From IMG/VR virus record IMGVR_UViG_3300033076_001139, positions 64,001 to 128,000 of that record: DNA of 64,000 nucleotides; one strand, given 5' to 3'. The first letter of the stretch is position 1; each line of letters opens with the position of its first letter. The notes under the pieces are model-generated. The model saw nothing but the letters and a program-made list of their open reading frames with translations, searched no databases and was not told the origin of the DNA. Positions 36,720 to 46,508 of the stretch are shown piece by piece. This DNA comes from a virus. Lineage: Duplodnaviria > Caudoviricetes. The position numbers and the translations under genes were made by a program.

Positions 36720-39700
36720 GCACCCCTTACGTTCGTCGTCCTAACCTCGAAGGAAACACCGATGTCCCTGTCCAGGTGCAGCCGTACCTTCAGGGAACGG
36801 TTCGTAAGACCTCTGCGGGAATCGTCCCCGGGTTTGCAGCATTAGTTGCTACTGACGCGGCAGATCTTGTAGTTGAGTCCGATCTTTCAGGCGGAGGGCC
36901 GATTACGGTCACATTTACGCCCGGTCACTCCGACCTACTCACGGACATCATCTCGACGATCAATGGGTACGTGTCTGGGGCTGTGACTGCATCTGAGAGA
37001 GACGGCTGTCTGCGGATTCAGACGGACGGGGTCGGGGAGACCGTACTGGGCGTCAAGTCCTTTATCCGCGTATATCCAGCCACGAATAATTACCTTGGCA
37101 CGGGGATTCCGCAGGACTGCGCACCACTTTTCGGGTTTGCGTGCCATCCTGACCCGGCCGCAACGGTAACTGCTGGAGATATAGAATCAGCTGCTACGCG
37201 TCCGGTAGAGCAGGGAAATCTTCCTGGTACGCGGTTTGTGGCGCGAGGCGAGGATCGCACGTCGGCGGCGTTCAATCGCGCACTCTCTCAACTTGCCTTG
37301 AACGCGGATGTGACGCGTACTGCCGCTGTGCGGGAGGCCTACTACCCCGTTGAGGTTGAACTAGATTTCAACGACGCGTACGCTGCCGGCTGGCTAAGAT
37401 TCGATGCAAGCGGGAATACCACTCAGATCAAGCTGTCTGCGTTGTCCGACCTGTTCCCACTCCTCACTGGGCGCCTGTACGTAGGAAACCTCTCAAACAC
37501 CTCTACTCTTCGAGAGATTGCAAAGTATTGGAGTGTGTCTGACGTTGAAGGGCGTGCTCTCTCCGTCTATGACGCGTACTACGAGACTACGAGGACCCTG
37601 AGAATCGGTGCGGTTACGCGCGGAGAGCAGGGTTTTGGGCGGATGCACTTCCCCGACGAGGACTCTGCGCCCACTAGCACAGTTCCCGACACGCAATACG
37701 TAGTGGCCGACGGCAGGAACGCTCTAGGAGTCTCCCGCCTGAAGCAGCCTACTGCTGCGATCACGGAGATTCGCGGAAGGACAAATGTTGTATGCGGGTC
37801 TCTTGCAACCCCGGCTGTCACCCCTACTTCTACAACATCTCCAACGGCAGGCGTTGGATTTAAGTCCCACGGCGTAACAAAAGGCGACATCGCCGTAATT
37901 GCAAGTGCGACAGTCACGTCGCCGTTTTGCCACAACGGCACCTACTACGTCGAGGACGTGGTATCCGAGCAGGAGCTAATCCTGCGCCCTATCGCAGACA
38001 CTGATGTAGAGTCCCTCAACCCAAGCGATGCTGGTTCATTTGGCGAGATCACAATCTACAGCAGCAAGGAGTGGGAAGCAGAGGCCTGGGTCACTCTCGA
38101 CCCGCCGCTGCCCCGGTTCCCGAACAATAAGCTGGTTATCTCCTTCGGGCTGGAGCGTGAAACGCTTAACCAGCGCGAGGACGTTTACGCCTCGTACACG
38201 GACACCTCTGCGGTACCGGAGAATGTAGAGCTTACCGCATTTCAGGGCTTACAGTTCCGCCAGCGGCAAAGCCTTGGCGGGGCGTACGCGGGTATGTCCG
38301 CAGACAGAACCGCAGACGCGGGCTCAATCATTAAGGAGAGAACCCGCCCGGTTACCCTTGTTGCGCCAGAGAAAACCCCGCCCTCGGCAGGAACGTACGT
38401 GCGGGGTCCATTTTCGGGTAGTTTGCTTGGAGATGGCGTACTAGCTGCTTTGGGGGGTACACCTCCGACGTACGACGACACCTTCACAATTGGCGATGTT
38501 GGGCGAGTTGTTAAGCTGTCAGGAGTGGGCGTTTTGTTTGATCAGGAGCCATTCCTGATTACTGAGTTTATTGACGGCGCGCACGTGCGCCTGTCCCCAC
38601 TTGGCGCGCTGCCAGGAGTAGAGCTTTCTAACTACGGCGCAGCAACATATGAGGTGTACGACGACGTGGTGGACTACCCCACACCGCTCCTAACCCTAAT
38701 TGCGCCTGAGATGGATCGAGATGGCAGGGATTTGGCCGACGTAGGCGTGCTTTATATTCGCGAACAAAACGATGCAGCCCCTCCGTATATGATGCCCACT
38801 AGGCGGCACGGACGGTCCCTGCTGCACCTAGAACGCGTAGCTATCGGGCACAATTCTGGGACTGCTTCAGATCTGCTGTTTAAGCTTATAACAAGCAACA
38901 CAGCCACGACTGTGACGCTACCTATCAACATAGAGGCGTTTCAAAACATCTTTGCGGTAGAGGGCGGAGACACACGTCCAGTAGAGCCTCCGTACAACGG
39001 AGGATCAGTATTCCGGATCATAAACGGCCCTAATGCCGGCTTTTATCTGCTGCAAAAGACTACAAGTGCGGGCGAACTGACACTGCGGACACTGGATGGA
39101 GACCCCGTATCTCTAGATACTTCGGTGACCGTTGACCAGTTTGGCGTGTTCTACAACGCGCATGTGTCTATCGGCCACACACTGGCTGGGGCAGGATACG
39201 GCGATGTCGCCTACCGTACTGCCAAGCTACGCGTCTTTTTCGACTCACTTGAGCAGGGTGAGGAGGCAGGCGTAGGCCTTTCTCTAGACTGGCGCGGGCA
39301 AGGCGCGGGCATAGCTGCGCAACTTAATGATGCCGACTTTGTCGCGTATGACTCCGGTGCTGGGGCTATCGGCTACTTTCAGCACGTAAAAGGCTATGCT
39401 CCTGCCCACGGGGAGCTATTTGACCTAAAAGGAGCTACATCAGGAGATTTAGACCGCCGTTCCGTTCGCGGCGGCACATGGGTAGTGGAATCAAATAGCC
39501 GAGACCTTGCCGTATTTGGTGTGACGTCTGATACTCCAAACGCGTGGGCAGGCTGGTTTGCGCAGACAGGCCTAGACGGCACCCTAGTGGTCACCAAGGT
39601 AGAGCCTTCGCGTTCCTGGGCGTACCATACGGCTCCCGCAAACGGGGCACCGCTGGAACTCGGGGACATGGCCCCCACAGCTGCTCTATCCGTAATTTAC

Positions 39701-42193
39701 GATGGAACCTCTCAAGCCCGAAACGCTGCAATTGACGTAGTAGGGTCTATTTATCAGCGCACTCGTGAGACGGGCAGTGTAGACCAGGGGGATGTGGGCC
39801 ACGGCGGTATATTCTCTGAGTCGGGGGTGGGAGCTGGGCGTTGGGCACACCCAATTCCGTCCGGTGTGCCCTTTATCGGCATACTTGGTTTAGACGGTAG
39901 CCGCCCAACTACTCTCGGAGAGCCAGGAGTGATGTACCCGTACACGGGCGCAGCTCCTGTGAATGCAGCCACCTTACCCCCCGATTATGGTAGGTTTAAC
40001 CAACCACATAACGGGTTTATTGTGCTTCCCGCTGATGCCCTAGACCGCCCGTGGTCCCGGTGGGTTGGTCAGCGTGCTCATGTAGACTACCCAGGAATTG
40101 GTGTTGTAACTCATGAGATTTGCTCAGTAGTCGTAAACGGTCCTATGCAGTACGTGGCGGTGTACAACCACGGGTTCGCTGACCTCCCGAACAATCCAGG
40201 CGTAACTGTCTGGATAAGTGGGGAACGGTGGGAGCGTGCCTACGTAAACGTGGCAGACTACGCGTTTGTGGGCACGCACGATACGAGTACCGACTCCGAA
40301 AAGGCGTATCTACCCTTTATAACATCTGCAGAAACGCCCAGCGTGTCGCGGGTGCCTACTCCTATTCCGGGGGGTTTTTCGCACCGAGTAGACGGCCTAT
40401 TGAGTCCGCCTAGGATAGAGGCCGGAACGGCCGGGGTTGGTGTAGGAGCGGTTAACGCACTAAGCGACGCTCCCCTTACCGCTGGTAAATCCTTGGCCGG
40501 ATATACCGAAACGTACGTCGATAACGTCCACATAGGAGACTGGCAGTACGACGCCGAGGAGCCACGCAGCGGGTACCCGAATAAAGGCATATCAATAGGC
40601 GGCATTAATAATAGCCATCCGGGGGTCTTTCCCGTTGACGACGTATCTGTGACGTACGTCAGCCACGGCTGCGATATTGCCGCAGGGTACTCCCCATTAT
40701 TGGGAGGTTCCCTGCATGTACATGCCAGCGGCGGCACTGGTGACTCCGTCGCACGGGTATGGAGCTACCCGTTTACTCTCTCTGAAAACGTATACGCGGT
40801 TCGCGCCCACGTTATCATGAACCCGTACCTTTCCCCGCGACGAAACCTGGTACTCGCTCTTCGTAGAACGGACGGAACTCTTATTGCGGCCTCCCATACT
40901 TACGGAGTAAATGGAGACGAGGTTCAGGAGATCGACCATACTTTTGACCTGTGCGATCTTGTACAACGTGGCGGAGATGCGCTGTCTGGTGAGGTAGTAA
41001 GCGCGTGTCTTACCCTAGATGTACAAATAAAAGATACGGAAAACCCTGCTTACGTAGTTCATTCGGGGTTTTACCTGATGCAGCTTGCGGCTCGGCCGCT
41101 TGCAAAAGTGCTGCGCGCTGGGTCGTTATCCGTAGACGGCCTTATGACGGTTGGGGTGCTGCGGGCTAGCACGGCAGTAAAGGGGTATTCTACAGTAGGC
41201 CCTGCGCAGGCCGGGTGGCTTATCAACTCGGAGTACGCTTTAGTAGACGGGGCGGGTAGTACGTCTGTCTCGGCCTACCAAGAGTACGCGAGTCAGGAAG
41301 GGCGTACTGGGTTCATCGTAGTGGGAGGCCAGACGTATTCGTTGCTGCCAGAGGCAGGTAGATACTTCAACCGTGGCAGGCACTCAGCCGCGATCGTTGG
41401 CTACCATCCGGCATTTGATCCGTTCTTCTTCAGGCACTCAGTCGATATAGCGGACGGCGTAGTACCGGGACGTACGGGTTTTGTGCTACCTGTGGAGATC
41501 CCGCACGGTGCGCGTATTGTGTCAATTTCTCACATGTGTAGCCTGCGTCCGTGCTACTCAAACAACGTGGGGTCTGGAGCTACTGCATCACCGGATCATT
41601 CCGACTTCCAAGTATGGCACACAGATCCGTTTGCTTCGAGCGCCATTCCGACGACCGCGGATAATAAGCCTGATTGGGATTCATCCGAGGGGTACAGGAT
41701 AACGCTCTTCCGACAAAATTGTGTACCCTTCGACGTGGAAATGGAGCAGTTTACTACGTCAGGCGCACTACCCGAGGGGTTTGCCGAACCACTATGGACA
41801 AAGATCATCGACCTATCCTCCACAACCGAGCCAGCTGCTGCCGACCTAGAAGAGCACTCAATTAAGGATTTTTCCGCCCTGTTTGATACGTCTGCCGCCA
41901 CAATCCCCGCCTACTTGATCGCAGACCGCCGGCAGTACGACTACTTTGTAACAATAGAGTTCTATATAGGTTGTCGGGTAAACAACAGTGGCGTCTACGA
42001 GTACCGTACGGGATTCTCTCCCGTACCTACCACGCTATCCCTAGCTAGCGGGGCGGAGATCGGCGCCACACCTACTGGAGAGTTCCGTAGTGGTGTGTTC
42101 TCTGAGGAATTCCCTAGACCCCCCGTTTTTAAGTTTAGAGGACTTCGTGTAGGCTGGGTAAACGACCGGGTAGGTAACGGAGGATGGGGATGA
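36716..42193 (+). CDS. Large tail fibre/receptor-binding-like protein, 1825 aa
   Basis: Beta-rich, last large gene of the tail block; GEDRTSAAFNRAL..L..N anchor-like motif. Confidence 0.6.
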   Translation: MSTPYVRRPNLEGNTDVPVQVQPYLQGTVRKTSAGIVPGFAALVATDAADLVVESDLSGGGPITVTFTPGHSDLLTDIISTINGYVSGAVTASERDGCLRIQTDGVGETVLGVKSFIRVYPATNNYLGTGIPQDCAPLFGFACHPDPAATVTAGDIESAATRPVEQGNLPGTRFVARGEDRTSAAFNRALSQLALNADVTRTAAVREAYYPVEVELDFNDAYAAGWLRFDASGNTTQIKLSALSDLFPLLTGRLYVGNLSNTSTLREIAKYWSVSDVEGRALSVYDAYYETTRTLRIGAVTRGEQGFGRMHFPDEDSAPTSTVPDTQYVVADGRNALGVSRLKQPTAAITEIRGRTNVVCGSLATPAVTPTSTTSPTAGVGFKSHGVTKGDIAVIASATVTSPFCHNGTYYVEDVVSEQELILRPIADTDVESLNPSDAGSFGEITIYSSKEWEAEAWVTLDPPLPRFPNNKLVISFGLERETLNQREDVYASYTDTSAVPENVELTAFQGLQFRQRQSLGGAYAGMSADRTADAGSIIKERTRPVTLVAPEKTPPSAGTYVRGPFSGSLLGDGVLAALGGTPPTYDDTFTIGDVGRVVKLSGVGVLFDQEPFLITEFIDGAHVRLSPLGALPGVELSNYGAATYEVYDDVVDYPTPLLTLIAPEMDRDGRDLADVGVLYIREQNDAAPPYMMPTRRHGRSLLHLERVAIGHNSGTASDLLFKLITSNTATTVTLPINIEAFQNIFAVEGGDTRPVEPPYNGGSVFRIINGPNAGFYLLQKTTSAGELTLRTLDGDPVSLDTSVTVDQFGVFYNAHVSIGHTLAGAGYGDVAYRTAKLRVFFDSLEQGEEAGVGLSLDWRGQGAGIAAQLNDADFVAYDSGAGAIGYFQHVKGYAPAHGELFDLKGATSGDLDRRSVRGGTWVVESNSRDLAVFGVTSDTPNAWAGWFAQTGLDGTLVVTKVEPSRSWAYHTAPANGAPLELGDMAPTAALSVIYDGTSQARNAAIDVVGSIYQRTRETGSVDQGDVGHGGIFSESGVGAGRWAHPIPSGVPFIGILGLDGSRPTTLGEPGVMYPYTGAAPVNAATLPPDYGRFNQPHNGFIVLPADALDRPWSRWVGQRAHVDYPGIGVVTHEICSVVVNGPMQYVAVYNHGFADLPNNPGVTVWISGERWERAYVNVADYAFVGTHDTSTDSEKAYLPFITSAETPSVSRVPTPIPGGFSHRVDGLLSPPRIEAGTAGVGVGAVNALSDAPLTAGKSLAGYTETYVDNVHIGDWQYDAEEPRSGYPNKGISIGGINNSHPGVFPVDDVSVTYVSHGCDIAAGYSPLLGGSLHVHASGGTGDSVARVWSYPFTLSENVYAVRAHVIMNPYLSPRRNLVLALRRTDGTLIAASHTYGVNGDEVQEIDHTFDLCDLVQRGGDALSGEVVSACLTLDVQIKDTENPAYVVHSGFYLMQLAARPLAKVLRAGSLSVDGLMTVGVLRASTAVKGYSTVGPAQAGWLINSEYALVDGAGSTSVSAYQEYASQEGRTGFIVVGGQTYSLLPEAGRYFNRGRHSAAIVGYHPAFDPFFFRHSVDIADGVVPGRTGFVLPVEIPHGARIVSISHMCSLRPCYSNNVGSGATASPDHSDFQVWHTDPFASSAIPTTADNKPDWDSSEGYRITLFRQNCVPFDVEMEQFTTSGALPEGFAEPLWTKIIDLSSTTEPAAADLEEHSIKDFSALFDTSAATIPAYLIADRRQYDYFVTIEFYIGCRVNNSGVYEYRTGFSPVPTTLSLASGAEIGATPTGEFRSGVFSEEFPRPPVFKFRGLRVGWVNDRVGNGGWG

Positions 42194-42561
42194 GTGGAAT
42201 AGACGGGCTCCTGACTCTGTTCGGTAGCGAGGCGTTTCTCATGAACTGCCTCGCTACTTACGCCGTAGTCCACGTTGCCCGCGCAAATACGTCGGTCATC
42301 TCGGTAGAGAACCGGCGCTGGGCCAAACTTGCTATCGACGTCGCCAACCTCGTGGTTGGCGTGTCGGTATCCTTGATGGTGAAGTACTCCGACAGTCCGG
42401 CAACCAACGTAGTTGTTGGATTAATCGCAGCACTATTTTCTGCGCAAGTGTACAACACGGTGAAGCGGTATCTGCCTGAGAAGTTAGGCGGAGAAAACGA
42501 CGCAATCATCGTTGAGCGCGAGGAGCGTCGTCGTAGGAAGACGGACTCCGCAGGAAACTAG
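42190..42561 (+). CDS. Holin-like membrane protein
   Basis: Three hydrophobic segments and a highly charged C-terminus (EREERRRRK), located after the fibre gene. Confidence 0.55.
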   Translation: MSGIDGLLTLFGSEAFLMNCLATYAVVHVARANTSVISVENRRWAKLAIDVANLVVGVSVSLMVKYSDSPATNVVVGLIAALFSAQVYNTVKRYLPEKLGGENDAIIVEREERRRRKTDSAGN

Positions 42562-42564
42562 GCC

Positions 42565-43059
42565 ATGATCATCGTCCACTCGTCTGCGTTCAGCCCCAAC
42601 CAGGTGGCCGCCTTCATGGCGGCTCACATGGACAGACTCTCTGCCACTTACATAACGCAGGCCGATATTGACGCAGGAAGAAGCACCGACGGCGTCACAT
42701 GGGTCTCAGACCTCATTGGCGTGCTAGCAGACGAAATCGCCAGTGTGGTCGGTGACAAGGTCTGCCTTGTCGCGCATACCTCGCATTTCGACACGCCGTA
42801 CCCGGTCCTGCGCGGGGTGCTCATCGCCACGTGCCATGGGGAACTGGCGGACGTAGAGGACATCGTGATCCACGCCGACTATCGTGGGTCGGGCGTAGGT
42901 CGCGCATTACTCGATAAGTTTTGCAACATTGCAAAGTCACGGGGCTGCGTAGAGGCCGAAGGGCACATAAACCCGGGCAACCGCGGATCGCTTATTGCCG
43001 CGCAGTCCTGGGGATTTGAGCACGTGGGCGACACACGAGTCATCAGGAAGCTAAAATAA
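42565..43059 (+). CDS. GNAT family acetyltransferase
   Basis: DIVIHADYRGSGVGRALL (motif A); N..S.....SWGF (motif B). Confidence 0.88.
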   Translation: MIIVHSSAFSPNQVAAFMAAHMDRLSATYITQADIDAGRSTDGVTWVSDLIGVLADEIASVVGDKVCLVAHTSHFDTPYPVLRGVLIATCHGELADVEDIVIHADYRGSGVGRALLDKFCNIAKSRGCVEAEGHINPGNRGSLIAAQSWGFEHVGDTRVIRKLK

Positions 43060-43082
43060 AAGCCCCTCCGTAGAGGGGCCTT
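43053..43082. terminator. Terminator between convergent operons
   Basis: AAAATAAAA-GCCCCTC-cgta-GAGGGGC-CTT; the U-tract is strong on the - strand. Confidence 0.8.
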
Positions 43083-43085
43083 GCT

Positions 43086-43244
43086 TCAACGACGCCCGAG
43101 GGCCTCTTCGACAATGCGCAGTCGGTAGATCTGCTGCACCATCCACTCCCTCGACTTGTCAGGATCAAGGGAGATACTCAGCTCGCGGTAAGCAAAGTCG
43201 GATAGTTCCTCTTTGCTCATCCCATCCAGCTCAGACGTCTCCAT
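43086..43244 (-). CDS. Small HeH/Rho-N-like helical protein
   Basis: METSELDGMSKEELSDFA..LSI......SRE.MV..I; start reassigned to ATG 43244. Confidence 0.55.
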   Translation of the reverse strand: METSELDGMSKEELSDFAYRELSISLDPDKSREWMVQQIYRLRIVEEALGRR

Positions 43245-43253
43245 GTACACGAA

Positions 43254-43302
43254 GGCCCCGGAGGTATCCGGTTTCTCGGGGGCCTCCGGGGCTACGTCAG
43301 GG
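43254..43302. other. GC-rich intergenic hairpin
   Basis: GCCCCGGAGG...CCTCCGGGGC, a perfect 10-bp stem between co-oriented genes. Confidence 0.6.
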
Positions 43303-43314
43303 CTATTGCCCCGG

Positions 43315-44289
43315 TTAGCGCAGGAACTGCGACCAGTCGATGTTCTCGATGCTCTCGCCGTCCTCGTCGCCGCTGGCCGTGGCGTAGAGGAAGCTGAGCG
43401 CGCCAACAATTGCGGAGATCCGGTCATCCTGCGTGCCAAAGGCATCCTCAACGCGCTTGACGCGCGTGTTGAGGTCCTTGACCGCAGTGTTGATCAGGTC
43501 GCTCTGCTGCCCGATCACATCGATGCGCTTGCGGAGATCCTCAAGGGCAACGAGCACAGGGCCGAGATCGACGGCTGCGGTAACCGCAACAGGCGCCGGA
43601 GTCTCCGTAGTCTGGACAACCTCAGCCTGCTGCGTCACAGGGCCGCGGCGAAGCGGGACCTTGGGACCGGCCTTCACGACCTTCGAGAGCACGGGCTCCT
43701 CGGAAGCAACCGGCGTCTCCTCAACAACTTCCTCAACGGGCGCAGGCGTCGGTGCCGCCGAGCCGGGGGTCTTGGGCTTCGGCGGACGGCCGGGGCCGCG
43801 CTTGACAGGGGCAGGTGCCGCCTCCGCCTCGGGCTCAGCAACAGGCTTCGGCGTAGCAGCCTTGGGGGCTGCGACGACAGGAGCGGGAGTCGCGGGGCGG
43901 TTGCCGCTGGTCACGTCGGCGGCGAGAGCCTGGACTTCGTCGTAAGACATCTCTGCGATGTTCGGCACGTCCTGCTTGATCAGCTCCTGGAGCTGCGGGA
44001 CAGTCATGCGGATCGCATCCAACTCCTTCTCGACCTTGCCAAGGGCCTTGGCAATCTGACGGAGGGGAAGGCGGAACTTGAAGGTTTCGGTGGTGTCAGC
44101 CATTGGCTTATCTTTCTCCGGATGATGGGTAAGCAGGGCACTCGGCCCGAAGTCACAAATTGCTCTCTCACGTGCGTAGAGTGTTCCTAGGTCCGTGAGT
44201 GTGAACAGCGCGCAGATAGGGCCGTCAAAGACCATCTCTGTCGTCACCGACTCGCACTTACGGAGCCTGGAACACTCAATGCACCTCAA
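43315..44289 (-). CDS. Pro/Ala-rich protein with AT-hook-like motif and C-terminal coiled coil; second in-frame start at 44103
   Basis: N-terminal CIEC..C; GGAG RBS before internal MADTT; KRGPGRPPKPK; heptads LEDLRKRID...VKRVED. Confidence 0.7.
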   Translation of the reverse strand: MRCIECSRLRKCESVTTEMVFDGPICALFTLTDLGTLYARERAICDFGPSALLTHHPEKDKPMADTTETFKFRLPLRQIAKALGKVEKELDAIRMTVPQLQELIKQDVPNIAEMSYDEVQALAADVTSGNRPATPAPVVAAPKAATPKPVAEPEAEAAPAPVKRGPGRPPKPKTPGSAAPTPAPVEEVVEETPVASEEPVLSKVVKAGPKVPLRRGPVTQQAEVVQTTETPAPVAVTAAVDLGPVLVALEDLRKRIDVIGQQSDLINTAVKDLNTRVKRVEDAFGTQDDRISAIVGALSFLYATASGDEDGESIENIDWSQFLR

Positions 44290-44591
44290 AGGATGTCTCC
44301 GTCAAAACCCTTCCAACAGCGTTGAACGATGATGTTGGGACACCCGTACGAGACGCATTTACCGGTGCACCCCGGTAATTGAGTACGTAACCTTCTCCAG
44401 TTCTTCTCGATATGCTGCTGCATCATTTTTCTTTTGCCCTCAAGAGGGCACTCGATTTCCGATGGGTCAGCAGAACCCTCAAGCACTGCGTAAATCTGCT
44501 CACGGTCTTGAGTACGCCCGACGCTCCCGAGACCGGCAGCGCGACACGTCTCCACAAGTTCCGTGCGGTTCAGGTCGTCGATGCCACTCAT
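44286..44591 (-). CDS. HeH-like plus Cys-rich hypothetical protein
   Basis: LNRTELVETCRAAGL and C..C...C......C; coupled to both neighbours. Confidence 0.7.
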   Translation of the reverse strand: MSGIDDLNRTELVETCRAAGLGSVGRTQDREQIYAVLEGSADPSEIECPLEGKRKMMQQHIEKNWRRLRTQLPGCTGKCVSYGCPNIIVQRCWKGFDGDIL

Positions 44592-45097
44592 TACGGCCTC
44601 GCTAGGAACGCAGCAGGGATGCCGAAGTCGGCGGGATTTACTTCCTCAAGGTAGAGAACCACTCGCGGATTTGTAGGGTCCATTGCTTTCACTAGGGTCA
44701 GTTCCATAGTGAGGGAGTCATCAAGACCCAACGCATCCGCAAGACAGTCTTCTATGAGCTTACGCCGGTTTCCGGCGTCCATCTTCTTATAGACGGTTTT
44801 CGCCCCTCTTTTACCGTCGCGCCCAATTTTTAGCCATCCCTCATTTACCAACGTCTCGAAGTAGAAGACGATGGTGAGCCGATAGGCCGCACAGGGGGTA
44901 TGCCCCTGGACGAATTTCTGAATGGGCAGGAAGTAATTCTTATGGGCGTGCGCCCGGAAGTTCGAGCGAAACTGCTCCGCTTCCTTGCTGTAGACCTCCC
45001 CGCCCTGCCGCCGATGCACCCGAATGTGGTTGTCACTCGGCGGCAAGTTGGGAAAGTGGATTTCAAGGTTACGGGCGGGCAAAGGGATTTCGGCCAT
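44591..45097 (-). CDS. rusA: RusA-like Holliday junction resolvase
   Basis: PPS.NH...; KMDAGNRRKLIED.L...G.DDS. Confidence 0.75.
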   Translation of the reverse strand: MAEIPLPARNLEIHFPNLPPSDNHIRVHRRQGGEVYSKEAEQFRSNFRAHAHKNYFLPIQKFVQGHTPCAAYRLTIVFYFETLVNEGWLKIGRDGKRGAKTVYKKMDAGNRRKLIEDCLADALGLDDSLTMELTLVKAMDPTNPRVVLYLEEVNPADFGIPAAFLARP

Positions 45098-45665
45098 TGT
45101 TCATCCCCGTCACACGACGGCCACCCTCCATCTCCATCTTCTTCGTCTCTAGGTGACGAGAAAGAATTCGGAGATCTCGGCTGGCAGCGTCAACCATCCC
45201 ATTGATGATCTCGTAGTACTCCGTTGCCTCAAGCCACTGGGCGTTGGCCTCGATGTACCGCGAGTCGCAAATCGTGGAATCGTCCTTGTCATCGTTATTG
45301 CCAATTTTCGACTTGCGAACCTTGGCCTTTACGAGGCGCAGACGCTCCTCCGCGTTCATCTTTTCTGCCTTGGCAAGCGTAGCCTTCGCACCCAAGAAGT
45401 CTGCGTGAGCCGTCATCATCTCGAACAGCTCACCGATCTGCTGGTTGTTTAGGCTGGCCCAGTTCGGCGGGAGGCGACCATCGAAGTACTGGTTGCCGCG
45501 CTTAGGACGAGTGTCGTGCGGGCGCAGCCCCTCGTCCATGACGCGCAGAAGTGCCTTCTCCGAGGCCTCAAGGTACCGGTTCAATCCCTCGTCAAGAGGC
45601 GTATCGTAGAGATCCGCCTTTCCGGGCTCGTCAACGACGAGTGCCCGTGCTCCGCGTGGCGGCAT
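45069..45665 (-). CDS. UvsY-like helical recombination mediator, putative
   Basis: Long helical protein with D.RY...LSR pattern, in the RecA cluster. Confidence 0.45.
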   Translation of the reverse strand: MPPRGARALVVDEPGKADLYDTPLDEGLNRYLEASEKALLRVMDEGLRPHDTRPKRGNQYFDGRLPPNWASLNNQQIGELFEMMTAHADFLGAKATLAKAEKMNAEERLRLVKAKVRKSKIGNNDDKDDSTICDSRYIEANAQWLEATEYYEIINGMVDAASRDLRILSRHLETKKMEMEGGRRVTGMNNGRNPFARP

Positions 45666-45668
45666 TAA

Positions 45669-46508
45669 TTACCTCGAAAACGGGTTGCGGGATCCACCAC
45701 CAAGACGCTGAGAGCAGTGCTCGCGGTAACCGCAGCCCTTGCACTCATACTTGCCGGCATCAGCAATTGGCTCAGTGCCCGTCTCAAGTGCCTTCTCAAG
45801 CGGCTCGATCTTGTCGCGACGCCAGTTCTGGTACACCCGCTCGTCGTACACCATCGGGTACTGCTTCATCGAACCGGTTCCCTTGTCCACGTACAGGAAG
45901 CACATGAACGGGACATTCAGGGCTCGGCAGTAAATCGAGGCCTGGAGGATGTGCTCCTCCTTTGGCTTCGAGAGCTTGCTGTACCCATCCGAGCTGATGG
46001 TCTTGATCTCGATGACGTAGGTGTGGTCTACCTGCTCCACGACACCGTCAGCGTGGCCGTTCTCGATGAACGACTCCGGCAGGTCAACGGTTACTTCATC
46101 CGCAAAGTTATTCGGAAGGGCGCGATGAATTGCCTTCTGAATAGTTGCGTGGATTGCATGGCCGATATCGAAGATGAACTGGAGTTCGGGAGAAATCTCC
46201 TCCTCTCCTTCGATCTCAGCAAGCACGTCGTAGTACAGCTTCAGGCGGCAGCGGTGTGCCGACGACGGGTGCACGGTTCCGATGCTACGGAAGTGCGGCT
46301 GAATCTCGCCCTGTCCGTCACAGGCCTTGCACTTGTGCGGACGCGCGTTGGCGACTACGGCCTCAAACACGTCACGGGTCATGCTCCGGCGTCGGCCGTC
46401 TTTCGACAGCTGGCGGTAGACCAAGCCCTTCAGGTCAATTCGGTTGAGCACGGATTCAACGTCAGCGGGCGTTGCGTGCTCTAGGTCAGCAATCGTGTGG
46501 ATGTTCAC
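45669..46508 (-). CDS. PD-(D/E)xK exonuclease, Cas4/AddB-like, with 4-Cys cluster
   Basis: HPS..RC, G.AIH, GHADG, EIKT, Q..IY, C..C.Y...C. Confidence 0.88.
   Translation of the reverse strand: MNIHTIADLEHATPADVESVLNRIDLKGLVYRQLSKDGRRRSMTRDVFEAVVANARPHKCKACDGQGEIQPHFRSIGTVHPSSAHRCRLKLYYDVLAEIEGEEEISPELQFIFDIGHAIHATIQKAIHRALPNNFADEVTVDLPESFIENGHADGVVEQVDHTYVIEIKTISSDGYSKLSKPKEEHILQASIYCRALNVPFMCFLYVDKGTGSMKQYPMVYDERVYQNWRRDKIEPLEKALETGTEPIADAGKYECKGCGYREHCSQRLGGGSRNPFSR

Noticed and set aside
36716-42193. Diversity-generating retroelement target in the tail fibre
   Set aside because: No reverse transcriptase and no template/variable repeat pair seen in the window.
5283-43059. Tail block as a bacterial contractile injection system or tailocin
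   Set aside because: It is linked to a portal-like gene and a full replication operon, with no host housekeeping genes, so it is a phage.
43213-44190. 325-aa + strand ORF
   Set aside because: Antisense shadow of the Pro/Ala-rich gene; Arg/Gly-rich with no motif.
45669-46508. Cas4-like gene as evidence of a CRISPR system
   Set aside because: No array or other cas genes are visible; solo Cas4-like nucleases are common in phage recombination modules.
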